DNA of 64,000 bases from Candidatus Limnocylindrales bacterium. GTDB taxonomy: Bacteria; Moduliflexota; Moduliflexia; Moduliflexales; JAUQPW01. The notes beneath the pieces were generated by a model. The model had not been told where the DNA came from, searched no databases, and worked only from the letters and a program-made list of their open reading frames with translations. Shown here in pieces: positions 19,348 to 29,984 of this stretch (the first letter of the stretch is position 1; each line of letters begins with the position of its first letter). Where the stretch lies: positions 1-64,000 of the forward strand of contig DATMBG010000050.1 of assembly GCA_035559535.1 (NCBI GenBank), in the 5' to 3' direction. Made by a program: the position numbers and the translations under genes.

Positions 19348-19959
19348 TCAGGATTCCTCACGATGGCCCAGTAAACGATCTAAGATAATCGCCACCGCAC
19401 TTCGAACAGATAAATGGTTATAGTCCGCTACACCTCGAATAGGTTCCAGGATAAAATCTACTTCCTTATAGGTGGATTCTGTCAACCCATATCCTGTACC
19501 GAATAAGATCAAATAAGGTTGATTTAAATTTTTTTGAAGGTCGGTTCTTAATTGCCGAAAGGTTATTAATTTTTCCTCGAATCCTTCCGGGACTTTGGCA
19601 TGGGTTGCGATAAGGATCGGAGGTGTAAGCCATTTTTCCAGGATTTCTCGTTTAGCCGTTTCAAGGGAATCTATAATAGAAGTCTTAAGCATGGCTATCT
19701 GTCTGGAAGGATTATATCGGCCTCCCAGGCCTTCATGCCAGTGTCGGATAATCCGTTTACCCAATTCCTGTTGGGATTTGAGGGGCGTTACCAGATAGTA
19801 ATGACCGACCTCATAGGTTTTGGCTGTTCGGGATATATCGTGGATATCAAAATTGGTTATCGAAGTAGCTACAATAGCCCGATGTTTATCATAGACCGGA
19901 TAATGGATAAGAGCCAGATAGACGTGCTGGTACACAGAGACGTAGCGGCGCGGGGACAC
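19348..19959 (-). CDS. SPOUT-class RNA methyltransferase (family often adjacent or fused to TrmD)
   Basis: LALIHYPV, TNFDIHDISR, LFGTGYGL, YNHLSVRSAVAIILDRL; start uncertain. Confidence 0.85.
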   Translation of the reverse strand: MSPRRYVSVYQHVYLALIHYPVYDKHRAIVATSITNFDIHDISRTAKTYEVGHYYLVTPLKSQQELGKRIIRHWHEGLGGRYNPSRQIAMLKTSIIDSLETAKREILEKWLTPPILIATHAKVPEGFEEKLITFRQLRTDLQKNLNQPYLILFGTGYGLTESTYKEVDFILEPIRGVADYNHLSVRSAVAIILDRLLGHREES

Positions 19960-20009
19960 GGATGCGGAGATTTTCGGAGGTCACCGCGTCCTGGGTTCCC
20001 ACGTTTTCA

Positions 20010-20717
20010 CTAGCCTTCCTCCTTCATAGGTTTGTCTTTATCTTTGATCAGATCCGGTCTACGTTCCAAGGTCCGTTGAAGAGCCTGTTGTTTTCTCCAT
20101 TGTTCAATCTTTTTATGATCTCCCGACAGGAGAACTTCTGGAACTCTCATTCCTTTAAATTCTCTAGGTCTTGTGTAATGGGGATAATCCAGCAGGTTAT
20201 CGTAAAAGGATTCCCGCTTAACCGAGTTTTCATTACCCACAACCCCTGGGATAAGTCTGGAGGTAACATCTATGAGTACCAAAGCTGCCAGCTCACCACC
20301 GGTTAAAACATAGTCTCCGATAGAGATTTCTTGATCCACAAGATGAAGTCGCACCCTTTCATCGATCCCTTCATATCGCCCACAGATTAGGATCAGGCTC
20401 TTATGTTGGGCCAGGTCCTTGGCAAGGGCTTGAGACAAAAGAGTCCCCTGCGGGGTCAGATAAATCACCTTAGGCTTATCAGAAGTTCGTTCCCAGATAT
20501 GGTGTACGGCAGCAAAAAGGGGTTCCGGTTTTAGGACCATCCCTTCACCGCCACCATAGGGATAATCATCGGTGATACGATGTTTACCCTGGGCAAAATC
20601 TCTCAGGTTATAGACTTCTACCCGAATAAGTCCTTTATCCTGAGCCTTTTTAAGTATACTATCCTGTAAAGCGCCTCGTATAATACCTGGGAATAAAGTG
20701 ATAACATGAAATGTCAT
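20010..20717 (-). CDS. trmD: tRNA (guanine37-N1)-methyltransferase
   Basis: DDYPYGGGEGMV, CGRYEGIDER, SIGDYVLTGGE, YPHYTRP. Confidence 0.97.
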   Translation of the reverse strand: MTFHVITLFPGIIRGALQDSILKKAQDKGLIRVEVYNLRDFAQGKHRITDDYPYGGGEGMVLKPEPLFAAVHHIWERTSDKPKVIYLTPQGTLLSQALAKDLAQHKSLILICGRYEGIDERVRLHLVDQEISIGDYVLTGGELAALVLIDVTSRLIPGVVGNENSVKRESFYDNLLDYPHYTRPREFKGMRVPEVLLSGDHKKIEQWRKQQALQRTLERRPDLIKDKDKPMKEEG

Positions 20718-21248
20718 TCAGGACAATAAGCCTTCTAAAGGATGGATGATCAAGACCTTCTCAGCCAGATCGATCTTTTTGATGATTTCCGTTGTGGCTG
20801 GAATGAGATGTTCTTTATGTTGGGATTTAACTACATAGACATCGTTGCTTCCCGTCGAGAATATATCTTCGACGACTCCTAGCTCTTGTCCAGCTTCCGT
20901 ACGTACAGATAGTCCAATAATGTCGAAGTATAAATACTGCCCTTCTGGTAAATCCACAGCCTCTGAGCGTTTGATCTTTAGAAGGCCTCCTCTGAGATCC
21001 TTCACCTGATCCGGGGAAGTATACTCCTTAAACTTAAGGTAAACAAAATTTTTGTCATACCTTACCTTTTGGATCGTGAGATTTAAGATCCGATGATCCC
21101 GGGTAAGAACTTGAATATGAGAAAGCAGATCAAACCTTTGAGGAAAATCTGTTAATGGAAGAACTTTAACTTCACCGCGAACACCATGGGGTTTTAAGAT
21201 TTTTCCTATAGAAAGGAGTTCTTCACCCCCCCGTTCATCTTTCGTCAT
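20718..21248 (-). CDS. rimM: Ribosome maturation factor RimM
   Basis: IGKILKPHGVRGEVKV, TGSNDVYVV; canonical context. Confidence 0.95.
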   Translation of the reverse strand: MTKDERGGEELLSIGKILKPHGVRGEVKVLPLTDFPQRFDLLSHIQVLTRDHRILNLTIQKVRYDKNFVYLKFKEYTSPDQVKDLRGGLLKIKRSEAVDLPEGQYLYFDIIGLSVRTEAGQELGVVEDIFSTGSNDVYVVKSQHKEHLIPATTEIIKKIDLAEKVLIIHPLEGLLS

Positions 21249-21295
21249 CGGCTTTAGTGGACAATAATCCCTAGCTTTAGCTAGGGATAAAACTT

Positions 21296-21526
21296 TTATT
21301 CCAGGATTTCCAGAACGGCACGTTTTTTCATTTTGGTTCCGGCAGCGTTTAATATGGTTCGCATCGCTCTAGCTGTACGTCCCTGCTTTCCGATTACTTT
21401 ACCTAAATCTTCCCTGGCAACCTTGAGTTCTATAACAGTGGTTTTTTCTCCTTCAACCTCTGCCACCTCCACTTCATCTGGATTATCAACCAATGATTTA
21501 GCAATATACTCGATCAGCTCTTTCAT
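21296..21526 (-). CDS. khpA: KH-domain RNA-binding protein
   Basis: [36 protein letters not shown] before ATG 21526. Confidence 0.92.
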   Translation of the reverse strand: MKELIEYIAKSLVDNPDEVEVAEVEGEKTTVIELKVAREDLGKVIGKQGRTARAMRTILNAAGTKMKKRAVLEILE

Positions 21527-21601
21527 GAACGCGACCTCCGGGTTAAGAACTACCCTTAGAATCTTTAAAAATAAAGATTTCAAAGGCCAAAAAACTTATA
21601 C

Positions 21602-21907
21602 TTAAGTTTCGGCTGTTTTAACTTCGCTATTCTCCTGAGGTTTAGAAGTTTCTCCTAAAGGAGCCGGCTTAATTTTTCTTTGTTTAAAAAACCGACTTAC
21701 CGTATCCGTAGGCTGAGCTCCTTTAGACAGCCAATATTGAGCACGTTCTATATTGATATGGATCCCATCGACATCTTTTTTAGGATCATAAGTTCCAATG
21801 GCTTCGATATATTTTCCATTTCTTGGGCTGGTTGAATTGGCCACTACGATACGGTAAAAAGGTTGTTTTTTTGCCCCCATGCGTCTAAGTCTTATTTTTA
21901 CAGCCAC
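21602..21907 (-). CDS. rpsP: 30S ribosomal protein S16
   Basis: [32 protein letters not shown] start after AGGAGGTGA. Confidence 0.97.
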   Translation of the reverse strand: MAVKIRLRRMGAKKQPFYRIVVANSTSPRNGKYIEAIGTYDPKKDVDGIHINIERAQYWLSKGAQPTDTVSRFFKQRKIKPAPLGETSKPQENSEVKTAET

Positions 21908-22002
21908 CCCCTCACCTCCTTGTTATGAAATAAAAGGAAAGTTACAAAGATAATTCCAATTGAGAAGATAAAACTTAGATTTACAATTTGCAACGGCTAA
22001 AT

Positions 22003-23331
22003 TTAGAAGGGAAATCTTATTTTTCCAAACTTTTTTTCCTGATCTACCAATTTGGTCATCATTTTCCGGGTCTGGTCGAACTGCTTAAGCAACTTATTGA
22101 CATCCTGAACTGTGGTCCCACTCCCCAGAGCAATTCGCTTTCTTCGGCTCCCGTTAATAATTTTATAATTATTCCGTTCCTTAGGGGTCATGGAATTAAT
22201 CATAGCTTCAATTTTAACCAATTCCTTTTCATCTACCTGGATATTCTTGCTGGCCTTTAGAGTACTGAATCCTGGAATCATTTCCAGAAGCTGGTCCAAA
22301 GGACCCATGTTCCGGATTTGCCTCAACTGATCTCGAAAATCCTCTAAGGTAAAAGAACGTTCTTTAATTTTTTTCTCTAATTCTCGAGCCTTTTCTTCAT
22401 CCAGGGACTGCTCTGCCTTTTCAATCAAGGAGAGCACATCTCCCATTCCTAAGATTCGGGAGGCCATGCGTTCAGGATGAAAAGGTTCCAACCCCTCCAG
22501 CTTTTCTCCCGTTCCGATAAATTTAATAGGTTTCTGGGTGACCGCCTTAATAGATAGGGCAGCCCCCCCCCGGGCATCACCGTCCAGTTTGGTTAAAATA
22601 ACTCCGGTGATGGCCAGGTCTTCATTAAACCGTTCGGCCACCGTTACAGCATCCTGACCTGTCATGGCATCGACCACCAGAAGTATTTCAGAAGGAGCCA
22701 GAATTTTTTTGAGATCTTTTAACTCCTCCATCAAAGCCTGATCGATGTGAAGTCGACCCGCCGTATCAACCAACAGATGAGTCAATCCCTGGGATTTAGC
22801 TTTTTGCAAAGCCTCTTTACAGATGACGCGAGGATCTTTCTCTTCTAAGTTTAAATAAACCGGTGCATGGATCTGAGTCCCTAATACCTCCAACTGTTTT
22901 ATGGCGGCAGGTCTATACACATCCGCAGCGACCAACAAAGGTTTGAAACCCTCTTTCATCAAAAGGTTGGCTAGCTTGGCTGCCGTAGTCGTTTTTCCGG
23001 AACCCTGAAGTCCTACCAGTAAAATCACCGTCGGAGGTGTGGATGCGGAGGCTAATCTGGCCCGGTCCTGTCCCATCAGCCCGGTAAGTTCTTCATGGAC
23101 AATTTTAACCAGTTGCTGACCGGGGGTTAGACTTTTCATCACTTCCTGGCCAATGGCCCGCTCCCGAACCCTGTCCACGAATTCTTTAACGACTTTAAAA
23201 TTAACATCGGCCTCCAGTAAAGCCAGACGAACCTCCCTTAGGGCCTCTTTAATATTTTGCTCACTCAGCTTTCCATGCCCTTTAAGCTTTTTAAGGGTAA
23301 TTTGTAATTTGTTAGATAGGTTATCAAACAT
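22003..23331 (-). CDS. ffh: Signal recognition particle protein
   Basis: LLEADVN, GLQGSGKTT, DTAGR, TKLDGDARGGAALS, M domain SRRKRIALGSG. Confidence 0.97.
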   Translation of the reverse strand: MFDNLSNKLQITLKKLKGHGKLSEQNIKEALREVRLALLEADVNFKVVKEFVDRVRERAIGQEVMKSLTPGQQLVKIVHEELTGLMGQDRARLASASTPPTVILLVGLQGSGKTTTAAKLANLLMKEGFKPLLVAADVYRPAAIKQLEVLGTQIHAPVYLNLEEKDPRVICKEALQKAKSQGLTHLLVDTAGRLHIDQALMEELKDLKKILAPSEILLVVDAMTGQDAVTVAERFNEDLAITGVILTKLDGDARGGAALSIKAVTQKPIKFIGTGEKLEGLEPFHPERMASRILGMGDVLSLIEKAEQSLDEEKARELEKKIKERSFTLEDFRDQLRQIRNMGPLDQLLEMIPGFSTLKASKNIQVDEKELVKIEAMINSMTPKERNNYKIINGSRRKRIALGSGTTVQDVNKLLKQFDQTRKMMTKLVDQEKKFGKIRFPF

Positions 23332-23412
23332 AGATTAAACGCGTAAAACGCTTCTGAATTCTGAGATTGGGGCAAGAAATAAGAAAATTCTACCATGTTG
23401 ATGTCTTTATCA

Positions 23413-23441
23413 AGATTACGCAAGCCAGGGTGAATTGTCAA
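23413..23441 (-). promoter_or_regulatory. Putative sigma70 promoter of ffh
   Basis: Minus strand TTGACA-17nt-TAATCT. Confidence 0.6.
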
Positions 23442-23547
23442 GAGGAAACTTTAACCTGCTTCAGATTAATTGATGAAGAATATTTCCGGGCTTTACAGAC
23501 ATAAAAACCTTGACAATACACGACAAAAGGTATAGATGAAATGCTAC

Positions 23548-23576
23548 TTGACAGGGGGACCTCTCTAAGATACATT
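23548..23576 (+). promoter_or_regulatory. Putative sigma70 promoter of hrcA
   Basis: TTGACA-17nt-TACATT just upstream of CIRCE. Confidence 0.7.
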
Positions 23577-23585
23577 ACTAATAGA

Positions 23586-23612
23586 TTAGCACTCTACGAA
23601 GCTTAGTGCTAA
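23586..23612 (+). promoter_or_regulatory. CIRCE operator (HrcA binding site)
   Basis: TTAGCACTC-tacgaagct-TAGTGCTAA; one mismatch to TTAGCACTC-N9-GAGTGCTAA. Confidence 0.93.
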
Positions 23613-23711
23613 AATTTTAGACCTATTTTCCCAGGAAGGTTTATGGCCTTCATTCAGAGTTTCTGGAGATGGCTGTAAATTTGAAGCGGGAGATAGGAGA
23701 GGCGATGGCCT

Positions 23712-24758
23712 ATGACGGAACCAAAAATGGAACTGAATCCCAGGTCATCCAGTATTTTAGAAGCGGTGGTCCATGATCATATTGCAACGGCGGAGCCTGT
23801 GGGTTCTAGAACTATTGCTAAAAAATATAAATTCGGTCTGAGTCCGGCGACCATTCGCAATATTATGGCGGATCTGGAGGAAATGGGCTATTTGTCTCAA
23901 CCTCACACCTCTGCCGGAAGAGTTCCGACGGATAGGGCCTATCGTTTTTATGTCAACCATTTGCTGGAATCTCATCACTTTCCCAAGGTTAAAAATCCTG
24001 TCGTTGAGGCAACCCTCCAATCGATTCATGAGTTCAACGAGTTGATGAAGGAAACCTCGGTTTTTTTATCTCAATTGTCCAATCAGGCCGGTATTGTTCT
24101 CATCCCTAATTTGAAAAAAACCGTTTTTAAACGAATTGAGTTCATCCACCTAACGGGCTCTCGTGTTCTGGTTATTTTTGTGGCTGAATCCGGCCTGGTT
24201 CATAAAAAAACCATTGAACTGGATCGACCTATCTCCCAGAATACTCTGGAAAAGATTTCCAATCTGGTAACCGAACAAATGGCCGGTTTGACCCTCCATG
24301 AGATTAGAAAAAAGTTGGTTAAAATGATGGAGGAAGAAAAAACCCAATTTGATGAGCTGTTAAACCAGGCTGTAAAGCTTAGTCAGAAGGCCTTTGAGAA
24401 TGAAGAAGGAGAAAGTGATGTCTATGTAAGGGGAACGCTGAATATTCTTAATCAGCCGGAATTTGCCAGTATCGAACGGATGAAAGCACTTTTTAAGGCC
24501 TTTGAAGAGAAAAGTATTTTGATCCAAATTCTGGACAAGTGCCTGGAGGAAGACCAGAGTGTGAAAGTGACCATCGGCTCTGAAAATTGCATAGAAGAGA
24601 TGGAAGATTGCAGTCTGGTGACTTCTACCTATAAATATGGAAACGTGTCGGTAGGAGTTCTTGGAATTATAGGCCCTAAACGAATGGATTACTCGAGAGT
24701 GATCCCAGTTGTGGGTTATATGGCCAAATTGATATCAAATTTGTTGACAAATTCTTAA
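23712..24758 (+). CDS. hrcA: Heat-inducible transcription repressor
   Basis: EPVGSR, SPATIRNIMADLE, QPHTSAGRVPT, GIIGPKRMDY. Confidence 0.96.
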   Translation: MTEPKMELNPRSSSILEAVVHDHIATAEPVGSRTIAKKYKFGLSPATIRNIMADLEEMGYLSQPHTSAGRVPTDRAYRFYVNHLLESHHFPKVKNPVVEATLQSIHEFNELMKETSVFLSQLSNQAGIVLIPNLKKTVFKRIEFIHLTGSRVLVIFVAESGLVHKKTIELDRPISQNTLEKISNLVTEQMAGLTLHEIRKKLVKMMEEEKTQFDELLNQAVKLSQKAFENEEGESDVYVRGTLNILNQPEFASIERMKALFKAFEEKSILIQILDKCLEEDQSVKVTIGSENCIEEMEDCSLVTSTYKYGNVSVGVLGIIGPKRMDYSRVIPVVGYMAKLISNLLTNS

Positions 24759-24949
24759 AACGTTTTAACTTTAAATCTAGTTGTTTTTTTTGAGATGAAA
24801 ACCTGGATGTATGACGCGTACGGGTAGATAAGGGTTCTGTTAAGATCGATAGGGTAGGGATCGGGATAAACGATTCTGATCTTGGGCCTGTAGTGCGAAA
24901 CGTTGTTTTCTAAAGATGAATCAACGATTCGTATTACAGAAAGGTAAAA

Positions 24950-25672
24950 GTGGTATTGGAATCTTCAGATCGACGACCATCCTCTGAGGGAGATCAGCAA
25001 TTAAACCCTGGAAATACTTTAGTTCAGGAAAACTCTCGAGAAAGCCAGATACAGGAAGAGAATCATACTCTAAAAGAGCCTCCCCAACCCGGAGAAGAAG
25101 CCAAAGGGGGAGCGGGAGAGGCCTCGCCGGCCTTAGAAAGTACCACCGTAGAAACTTCTGAAATCTCCTCCGAAGGGGAAAAAGCTCTGGAACGTTCGGA
25201 ATTAGAGCAGTTGAAAGATCAGCTCCTTCTTAAAGAAAAGGAGGTAGAATCCTACTATGATCGACTCATCCGATTGCAGGCGGAGTTTGAGAATTTCCGG
25301 AAACGGACGATCAAAGAAAAAGCAGAATTTACAAAGTATGCCAATGAGGAACTTATCAAAAATCTGCTTCCGGTTTTAGACAACCTGGAAAGAGCGCTCA
25401 CCTCAGCGGAACAAACAAAGGATTTCGAAGGCCTCTCGAAGGGTGTGGAAATGATCTATAAGCAATTTTCGGAGGCTCTCAAGAAGGCCGGTTTAACCGA
25501 AATCGAGGCCCTAAATCAGCGTTTTGATCCGGTTGTTCATCAGGCTGTAGCTCGGGTCGAATCTTCAGACGTAGAAAATAATACGGTCGTTGAAGTGCTT
25601 CAAAAGGGCTATTATTTCCATGATAGAGTACTGAGACCAGCTCTGGTCAAAGTAGCCGTTCAGTCCAGCTAA
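24950..25672 (+). CDS. grpE: Nucleotide exchange factor GrpE
   Basis: [46 protein letters not shown]; start uncertain. Confidence 0.95.
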   Translation: MVLESSDRRPSSEGDQQLNPGNTLVQENSRESQIQEENHTLKEPPQPGEEAKGGAGEASPALESTTVETSEISSEGEKALERSELEQLKDQLLLKEKEVESYYDRLIRLQAEFENFRKRTIKEKAEFTKYANEELIKNLLPVLDNLERALTSAEQTKDFEGLSKGVEMIYKQFSEALKKAGLTEIEALNQRFDPVVHQAVARVESSDVENNTVVEVLQKGYYFHDRVLRPALVKVAVQSS

Positions 25673-25679
25673 GGGGATC

Positions 25680-26780
25680 ATGGTCAAATCCGACTATTAC
25701 CAAATCCTCGGGGTTCGTAGAGATGCCAGTGAGGAAGAGATTAAACGGGCCTACCGCCGTTTGGCCCTGCAGCATCATCCAGATCGAAATCCCGGTAATA
25801 AGGAGGCGGAAAGTAAATTCAAAGAAATCAACGAGGCGTATGAAGTCCTAAGCGATTCCCAGAAACGGGCTGACTATGATCGTTCCACAGCTCAAAGAAA
25901 AAAATCCTCGCCTCGAGACTCTGAATCGCCTTTCACAGGTCGGGTAGAGGATTTTTTTGATATCTTCGATAGCTTTTTTACCTCTTCTTACCGTAAGCAA
26001 TCCCGTGTAAGCCGTGGCTCTGATCTTCGATATCATCTTACCCTCTCCTTTGAAGAAGCTATCTTAGGCACCCGAGTAACCCTTCGGGTTCCAAAATGGG
26101 ATCGTTGTGACCGCTGTCAGGGTTCGGGATTAGAAACCAGTCATGGTCCGTTGACATGTCCTACCTGCCATGGACGAGGTGAAATTCGCCAACAACGTAG
26201 TTTCTTTACCTATACCCAACCCTGCTTTTATTGCCATGGGGTTGGAACCACCCATCAAAAGCCTTGTTATTTTTGTAAAGGGGACGGGCGAATCTTTAAA
26301 GAAAAAACTTTGTTGGTGTCTATTCCTCCGGGAGTTGAAACGGGAACCCAATTAAGACTGGCGGGAGAAGGGGAATCTGGCCGTATAGGAGGTATTCCGG
26401 GAGACCTTTATATTTTCCTCACCGTTCGAAAACATCCTTTCTTCGAAAGAGACCATTTCGATCTCTGGTGTGAAGTTCCCCTGACAATGACCCAGGCAGC
26501 CCTGGGCACCGAGATCGAGATCCCAACCCTGGAGGGGAGATCACGTATCAAAATTCCCCCTGGAACTCAACCCGGAAGTGTTTTTCGACTCAAAGGTAAA
26601 GGAGTTCCTACCCCAAACCAAACCCGCGGAGACCTCCATGTAAAAGTTAAAATCTCTATTCCCACTCATCTTTCCCGGCGCCAAAAGAAACTTTTAGAAG
26701 AATTTGCCCGAGCTGAAAAGGCAACAACCTATCATTCTAAAAAAGGATGGTTACAAAGGATTAAAGAGTTTTTTGCCTGA
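25680..26780 (+). CDS. dnaJ: Chaperone DnaJ
   Basis: J domain with HPD, DIF motif, four CxxCxGxG repeats, C-terminal domain; no Gly-rich region. Confidence 0.92.
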   Translation: MVKSDYYQILGVRRDASEEEIKRAYRRLALQHHPDRNPGNKEAESKFKEINEAYEVLSDSQKRADYDRSTAQRKKSSPRDSESPFTGRVEDFFDIFDSFFTSSYRKQSRVSRGSDLRYHLTLSFEEAILGTRVTLRVPKWDRCDRCQGSGLETSHGPLTCPTCHGRGEIRQQRSFFTYTQPCFYCHGVGTTHQKPCYFCKGDGRIFKEKTLLVSIPPGVETGTQLRLAGEGESGRIGGIPGDLYIFLTVRKHPFFERDHFDLWCEVPLTMTQAALGTEIEIPTLEGRSRIKIPPGTQPGSVFRLKGKGVPTPNQTRGDLHVKVKISIPTHLSRRQKKLLEEFARAEKATTYHSKKGWLQRIKEFFA

Positions 26781-26794
26781 TCCATCCCCTTAAC

Positions 26795-26831
26795 AAGAGG
26801 CCAGCACAACGAGTTGTACTGGCCTCTTTTT
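26795..26831 (+). terminator. Intrinsic terminator after dnaJ
   Basis: aagaggccag..caac / gttg..ctggcctctt followed by a T run. Confidence 0.75.
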
Positions 26832-26841
26832 AATATAGGAG

Positions 26842-27969
26842 GTGAGTATGAACGTACCTGTTCAGTCTAAGGTCCTGCAAACCAAAGGATTCAGAGTGGG
26901 TAGGTACTCCTTGTTTTCTATTCTTTTACTGTATCTCCTTCAAACTTCCCTGACGGTTTATCTTCTGGTGGATCGGACCCGAGAAGTTGAAAAGTTAAAA
27001 GAAAAGATAAATAACCAGCAATTAAAGCTGCAGGCCCAAGATCGCTATATAAAACATCTAGAAAAAGTGGACGTCATCCAGTCCATGTTGAAATCTAAGG
27101 ATTCTCAGCTCAGTGCGCTTCAACAACAATATTCCGAACAGCGTTCAGCTCTTATGGCTCAGGCAGAGGCTTTAAAAGCCAAAGAAGCCGAAAACCGATT
27201 GGGTAGTTTATTAGCTGAAAAGGATCAAAAACTGGAGGAGCTCCAAAATAAATATCGTGACCAGATAGTGGAAACTCGAATTTTAAGTGAAAAATTCGCC
27301 CTGGAACGAGAACTTCAAGATATGCTGGCTGAAAAGGAGCAGCAGCTTAATGAGTTACGAGAAAAATATTACCTGCAGCAGGTTTCTCTGCTGGCCCAGG
27401 AAACGGCCATCAATAATTTTAAAGAAAAAGAACGGGTTGCCCAAATCCTGGAAAAGTTTAAAACCGGGTTGAGCAAATCCGAAGAGGAATCTTTACGAGA
27501 TATTATCCTCAGTGAAAGTAAGCGATATGGGCTGGACCCCAATCTTATCCTGGCCTTAATTCAAACCGAAAGTACCTTCAATAATTGGGCTAAATCTAAA
27601 CAGGGAGCCATGGGGCTGATGCAAATCCACCCCCCTACAGGTAAATCCATCGCAGAAGATGCAAACGTAGAATGGAAGGGAAAGGATGGACTCTATGAAC
27701 CGGATAAGAATATTCGAATAGGCCTTCATTACTTAGCTCAATTAATTCTTCACTTCCAGGATATTAAACTGGCTCTGGCCGCCTATAATATGGGTCCCAC
27801 CGCCGTGAAACGCCTGTTGGAGAAAGGCGAAGAAGTCCCACAAGAATACGTCGATAAGGTCATTGAAAATTATAAAATCCTTAGCCAGACTCCGGCGTCT
27901 TCTCCAGAACCCAACGGAAATGGAAAAAATGACCGATGGAAGATCGTCAAGGAAGAGAAAGAAAAATAA
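26842..27969 (+). CDS. Membrane-anchored coiled-coil protein with a C-terminal SLT lytic transglycosylase domain
   Basis: N-terminal hydrophobic helix, long Q/E/K/L heptads, then ALIQTES, GAMGLMQI, ALAAYNMG. Confidence 0.88.
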   Translation: MSMNVPVQSKVLQTKGFRVGRYSLFSILLLYLLQTSLTVYLLVDRTREVEKLKEKINNQQLKLQAQDRYIKHLEKVDVIQSMLKSKDSQLSALQQQYSEQRSALMAQAEALKAKEAENRLGSLLAEKDQKLEELQNKYRDQIVETRILSEKFALERELQDMLAEKEQQLNELREKYYLQQVSLLAQETAINNFKEKERVAQILEKFKTGLSKSEEESLRDIILSESKRYGLDPNLILALIQTESTFNNWAKSKQGAMGLMQIHPPTGKSIAEDANVEWKGKDGLYEPDKNIRIGLHYLAQLILHFQDIKLALAAYNMGPTAVKRLLEKGEEVPQEYVDKVIENYKILSQTPASSPEPNGNGKNDRWKIVKEEKEK

Positions 27970-28014
27970 TTCTTGACATATTTAACCAAACGTATTACTA
28001 CTTTTTCCATACGG

Positions 28015-28192
28015 CAATGGGTAAGTTGCCTACATTTACATAAAAAATTTAAAAAAGGGAAGATGGTGAGAATCCATCACGGGCACGCCACTGTATTCGG
28101 GGACGAAAGCCAGATAGATAACCACTGGGAAAACTTTCCTGGGAAGGTTTGGCAAGTAGGATGAACCGTAAGTCAGGATACCTTTTAAAGTA
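28015..28192 (+). ncRNA. Cobalamin riboswitch
   Basis: AGGGAA (28056), GGTG..AATCC, GCCACTG (28087), second CCACTG/GGGAAG, AGTCAGGA.ACCT (28171); upstream of cbiP. Boundaries approximate. Confidence 0.9.
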
Positions 28193-28241
28193 ATTTCACG
28201 TTATAACCTTCGGTGAGAGAGGGAGTGAAAGGTTTATCTGG

Positions 28242-28280
28242 AATCCCTAATCCTTACAAAGGTTAGGGATTTTTTCTTTT
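28242..28280 (+). terminator. Riboswitch expression-platform terminator
   Basis: aatccctaatcc-ttacaaa-ggttagggatt then a T-rich tract, between the aptamer and the cbiP start. Confidence 0.8.
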
Positions 28281-28319
28281 GATCCCTTCCCTATCCTTTT
28301 CCCATCACCTTTTTAGGGT

Positions 28320-29846
28320 ATGAGTGCACGCGCCAAGGTTTTAATGCTCCAGGGAACCGGATCCCATGTAGGGAAAAGTATCCTGGTAACGGCCCTCTGC
28401 AGAATCTTTAAGCAAGAAGGGTATAGGGTTGCTCCTTTCAAAGCCCAGAATATGGCCTTGAATTCCTTTGTTACAAAGGACGGGGGGGAGATGGGGCGAG
28501 CCCAGGTTGTCCAGGCCCAGGCCTGTGGTATCGAACCTGAGGTCGATATGAATCCAATTCTCCTAAAACCAACTACCGATTATGGCTCTCAGGTCATTGT
28601 CCTGGGAAAACCTGTGGGCACCCTGCCTGTGGAAGGATATTGGCGATATAAGGAAACGCTTCGAGAAGTGGTCCGGTCTTCTCTGGAACGGCTTAGATCT
28701 CAGTATGATCTCATCCTGATAGAAGGAGCTGGAAGCCCCGCCGAAATCAATTTGAGAAGCCACGACATTGTAAATATGTCAGTCGCCCATCTGGCAGATG
28801 CTCCTGTCCTGTTGGTCGGGGATATCGACCGGGGAGGCGTTTTTGCCTGGCTGGTAGGTACCCTGGAATTGCTTGCCCCTGAAGATCGGGAGCGTATCCG
28901 TGGGTTTATCATCAACAAATTTAGAGGCCGCAAGGAAATCTTAAAACCGGGTCTGGATTTTCTGGAATCGAAAACAGGAAGACCTGTCCTCGGAGTCGTC
29001 CCTTTTTTCAAAGATTTTAAAATCCCCGATGAGGATTCCGTCTCCCTTTACGAAACTAAGCCCCAAACTCAAAAGAACCCGGACTTGCAGATAGAAGTTG
29101 TTCAATTTCCCAGAATTTCTAACTTTACCGATTTTGATCCCTTGAAAAGCGAACCCGATGTTCAGTTACGCTATATCCAACGTGGATCTGAAAGTCTCAA
29201 GCCTGATCTGTTAATTCTTCCCGGTACGAAAAATACCATCGCCGATTTACTTTATTTAAAATCCCACGGTTTTGTAGAGGCCCTTCAGGCCTGCCTCCGG
29301 CGAGGGGGGATGATCCTGGGGATCTGCGGAGGTTATCAAATGTTGGGAAAAAGGATCTATGATCCTGAACATGTGGAAGGATCTGAAACCCAGGCCGATG
29401 GACTCGGATTTTTAAATACGGTTACGACCCTTCTTTCTCCGAAAATTACCCGACAAGTTAATGCCGTCCATCGGAAGACCGGGATTCAAATATCGGGTTA
29501 TGAAATTCACATGGGAAGAACAGAGGTCTTAGAACCCTATGAGCCGGTCTTTGAGGTATACGAACCCACGGAACCCTCAGCCCCTTTGTCATCCCATCCC
29601 AGACAGACCTGGGGAGATGGTCTACAGAATTCAGAACAAACCGTCTGGGGAACTTATATCCATGGCCTGTTCGATAATGATCTTTTCCGAAGAACCTTCC
29701 TGGATCAATTAAGGGAAAAAAAAGGGTTAAAACCCTTGAAAGAGGTACAATATGTTTTTGACCTGGATCAGGAACTGGATAGGCTGGCAGAACTGGTGAA
29801 AAAAAATTTGGATATGACCCAAATTTATCGACTCCTAAAACTTTAA
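28320..29846 (+). CDS. cbiP: Cobyric acid synthase
   Basis: QGTGSHVGKS, PFKAQNMALNS, EGAGSPAEINL, ISNFTDFD, GICGGYQMLG, GYEIH, GTYIHG. Confidence 0.96.
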   Translation: MSARAKVLMLQGTGSHVGKSILVTALCRIFKQEGYRVAPFKAQNMALNSFVTKDGGEMGRAQVVQAQACGIEPEVDMNPILLKPTTDYGSQVIVLGKPVGTLPVEGYWRYKETLREVVRSSLERLRSQYDLILIEGAGSPAEINLRSHDIVNMSVAHLADAPVLLVGDIDRGGVFAWLVGTLELLAPEDRERIRGFIINKFRGRKEILKPGLDFLESKTGRPVLGVVPFFKDFKIPDEDSVSLYETKPQTQKNPDLQIEVVQFPRISNFTDFDPLKSEPDVQLRYIQRGSESLKPDLLILPGTKNTIADLLYLKSHGFVEALQACLRRGGMILGICGGYQMLGKRIYDPEHVEGSETQADGLGFLNTVTTLLSPKITRQVNAVHRKTGIQISGYEIHMGRTEVLEPYEPVFEVYEPTEPSAPLSSHPRQTWGDGLQNSEQTVWGTYIHGLFDNDLFRRTFLDQLREKKGLKPLKEVQYVFDLDQELDRLAELVKKNLDMTQIYRLLKL

Positions 29847-29859
29847 AGTATGATATGAG

Positions 29860-29984
29860 GACATAAGGACGCGGGGTTTTGGGACACGGCGACAGACGGA
29901 CGCGGTGACGCGGGGATTTGAAATGCGGAAACAGACCCAGAGATTCTGTCGCCGCGTCCCCATGTCCTGTATCTCTGTATTCCG
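29860..29984. repeat. Second 8-bp family (GACRCGGN) with an inverted arm
   Basis: gacgcggg, gacacggc, gacgcggt, gacgcggg ... gccgcgtc cccatgtc, between cbiP and cbiA. Confidence 0.7.
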
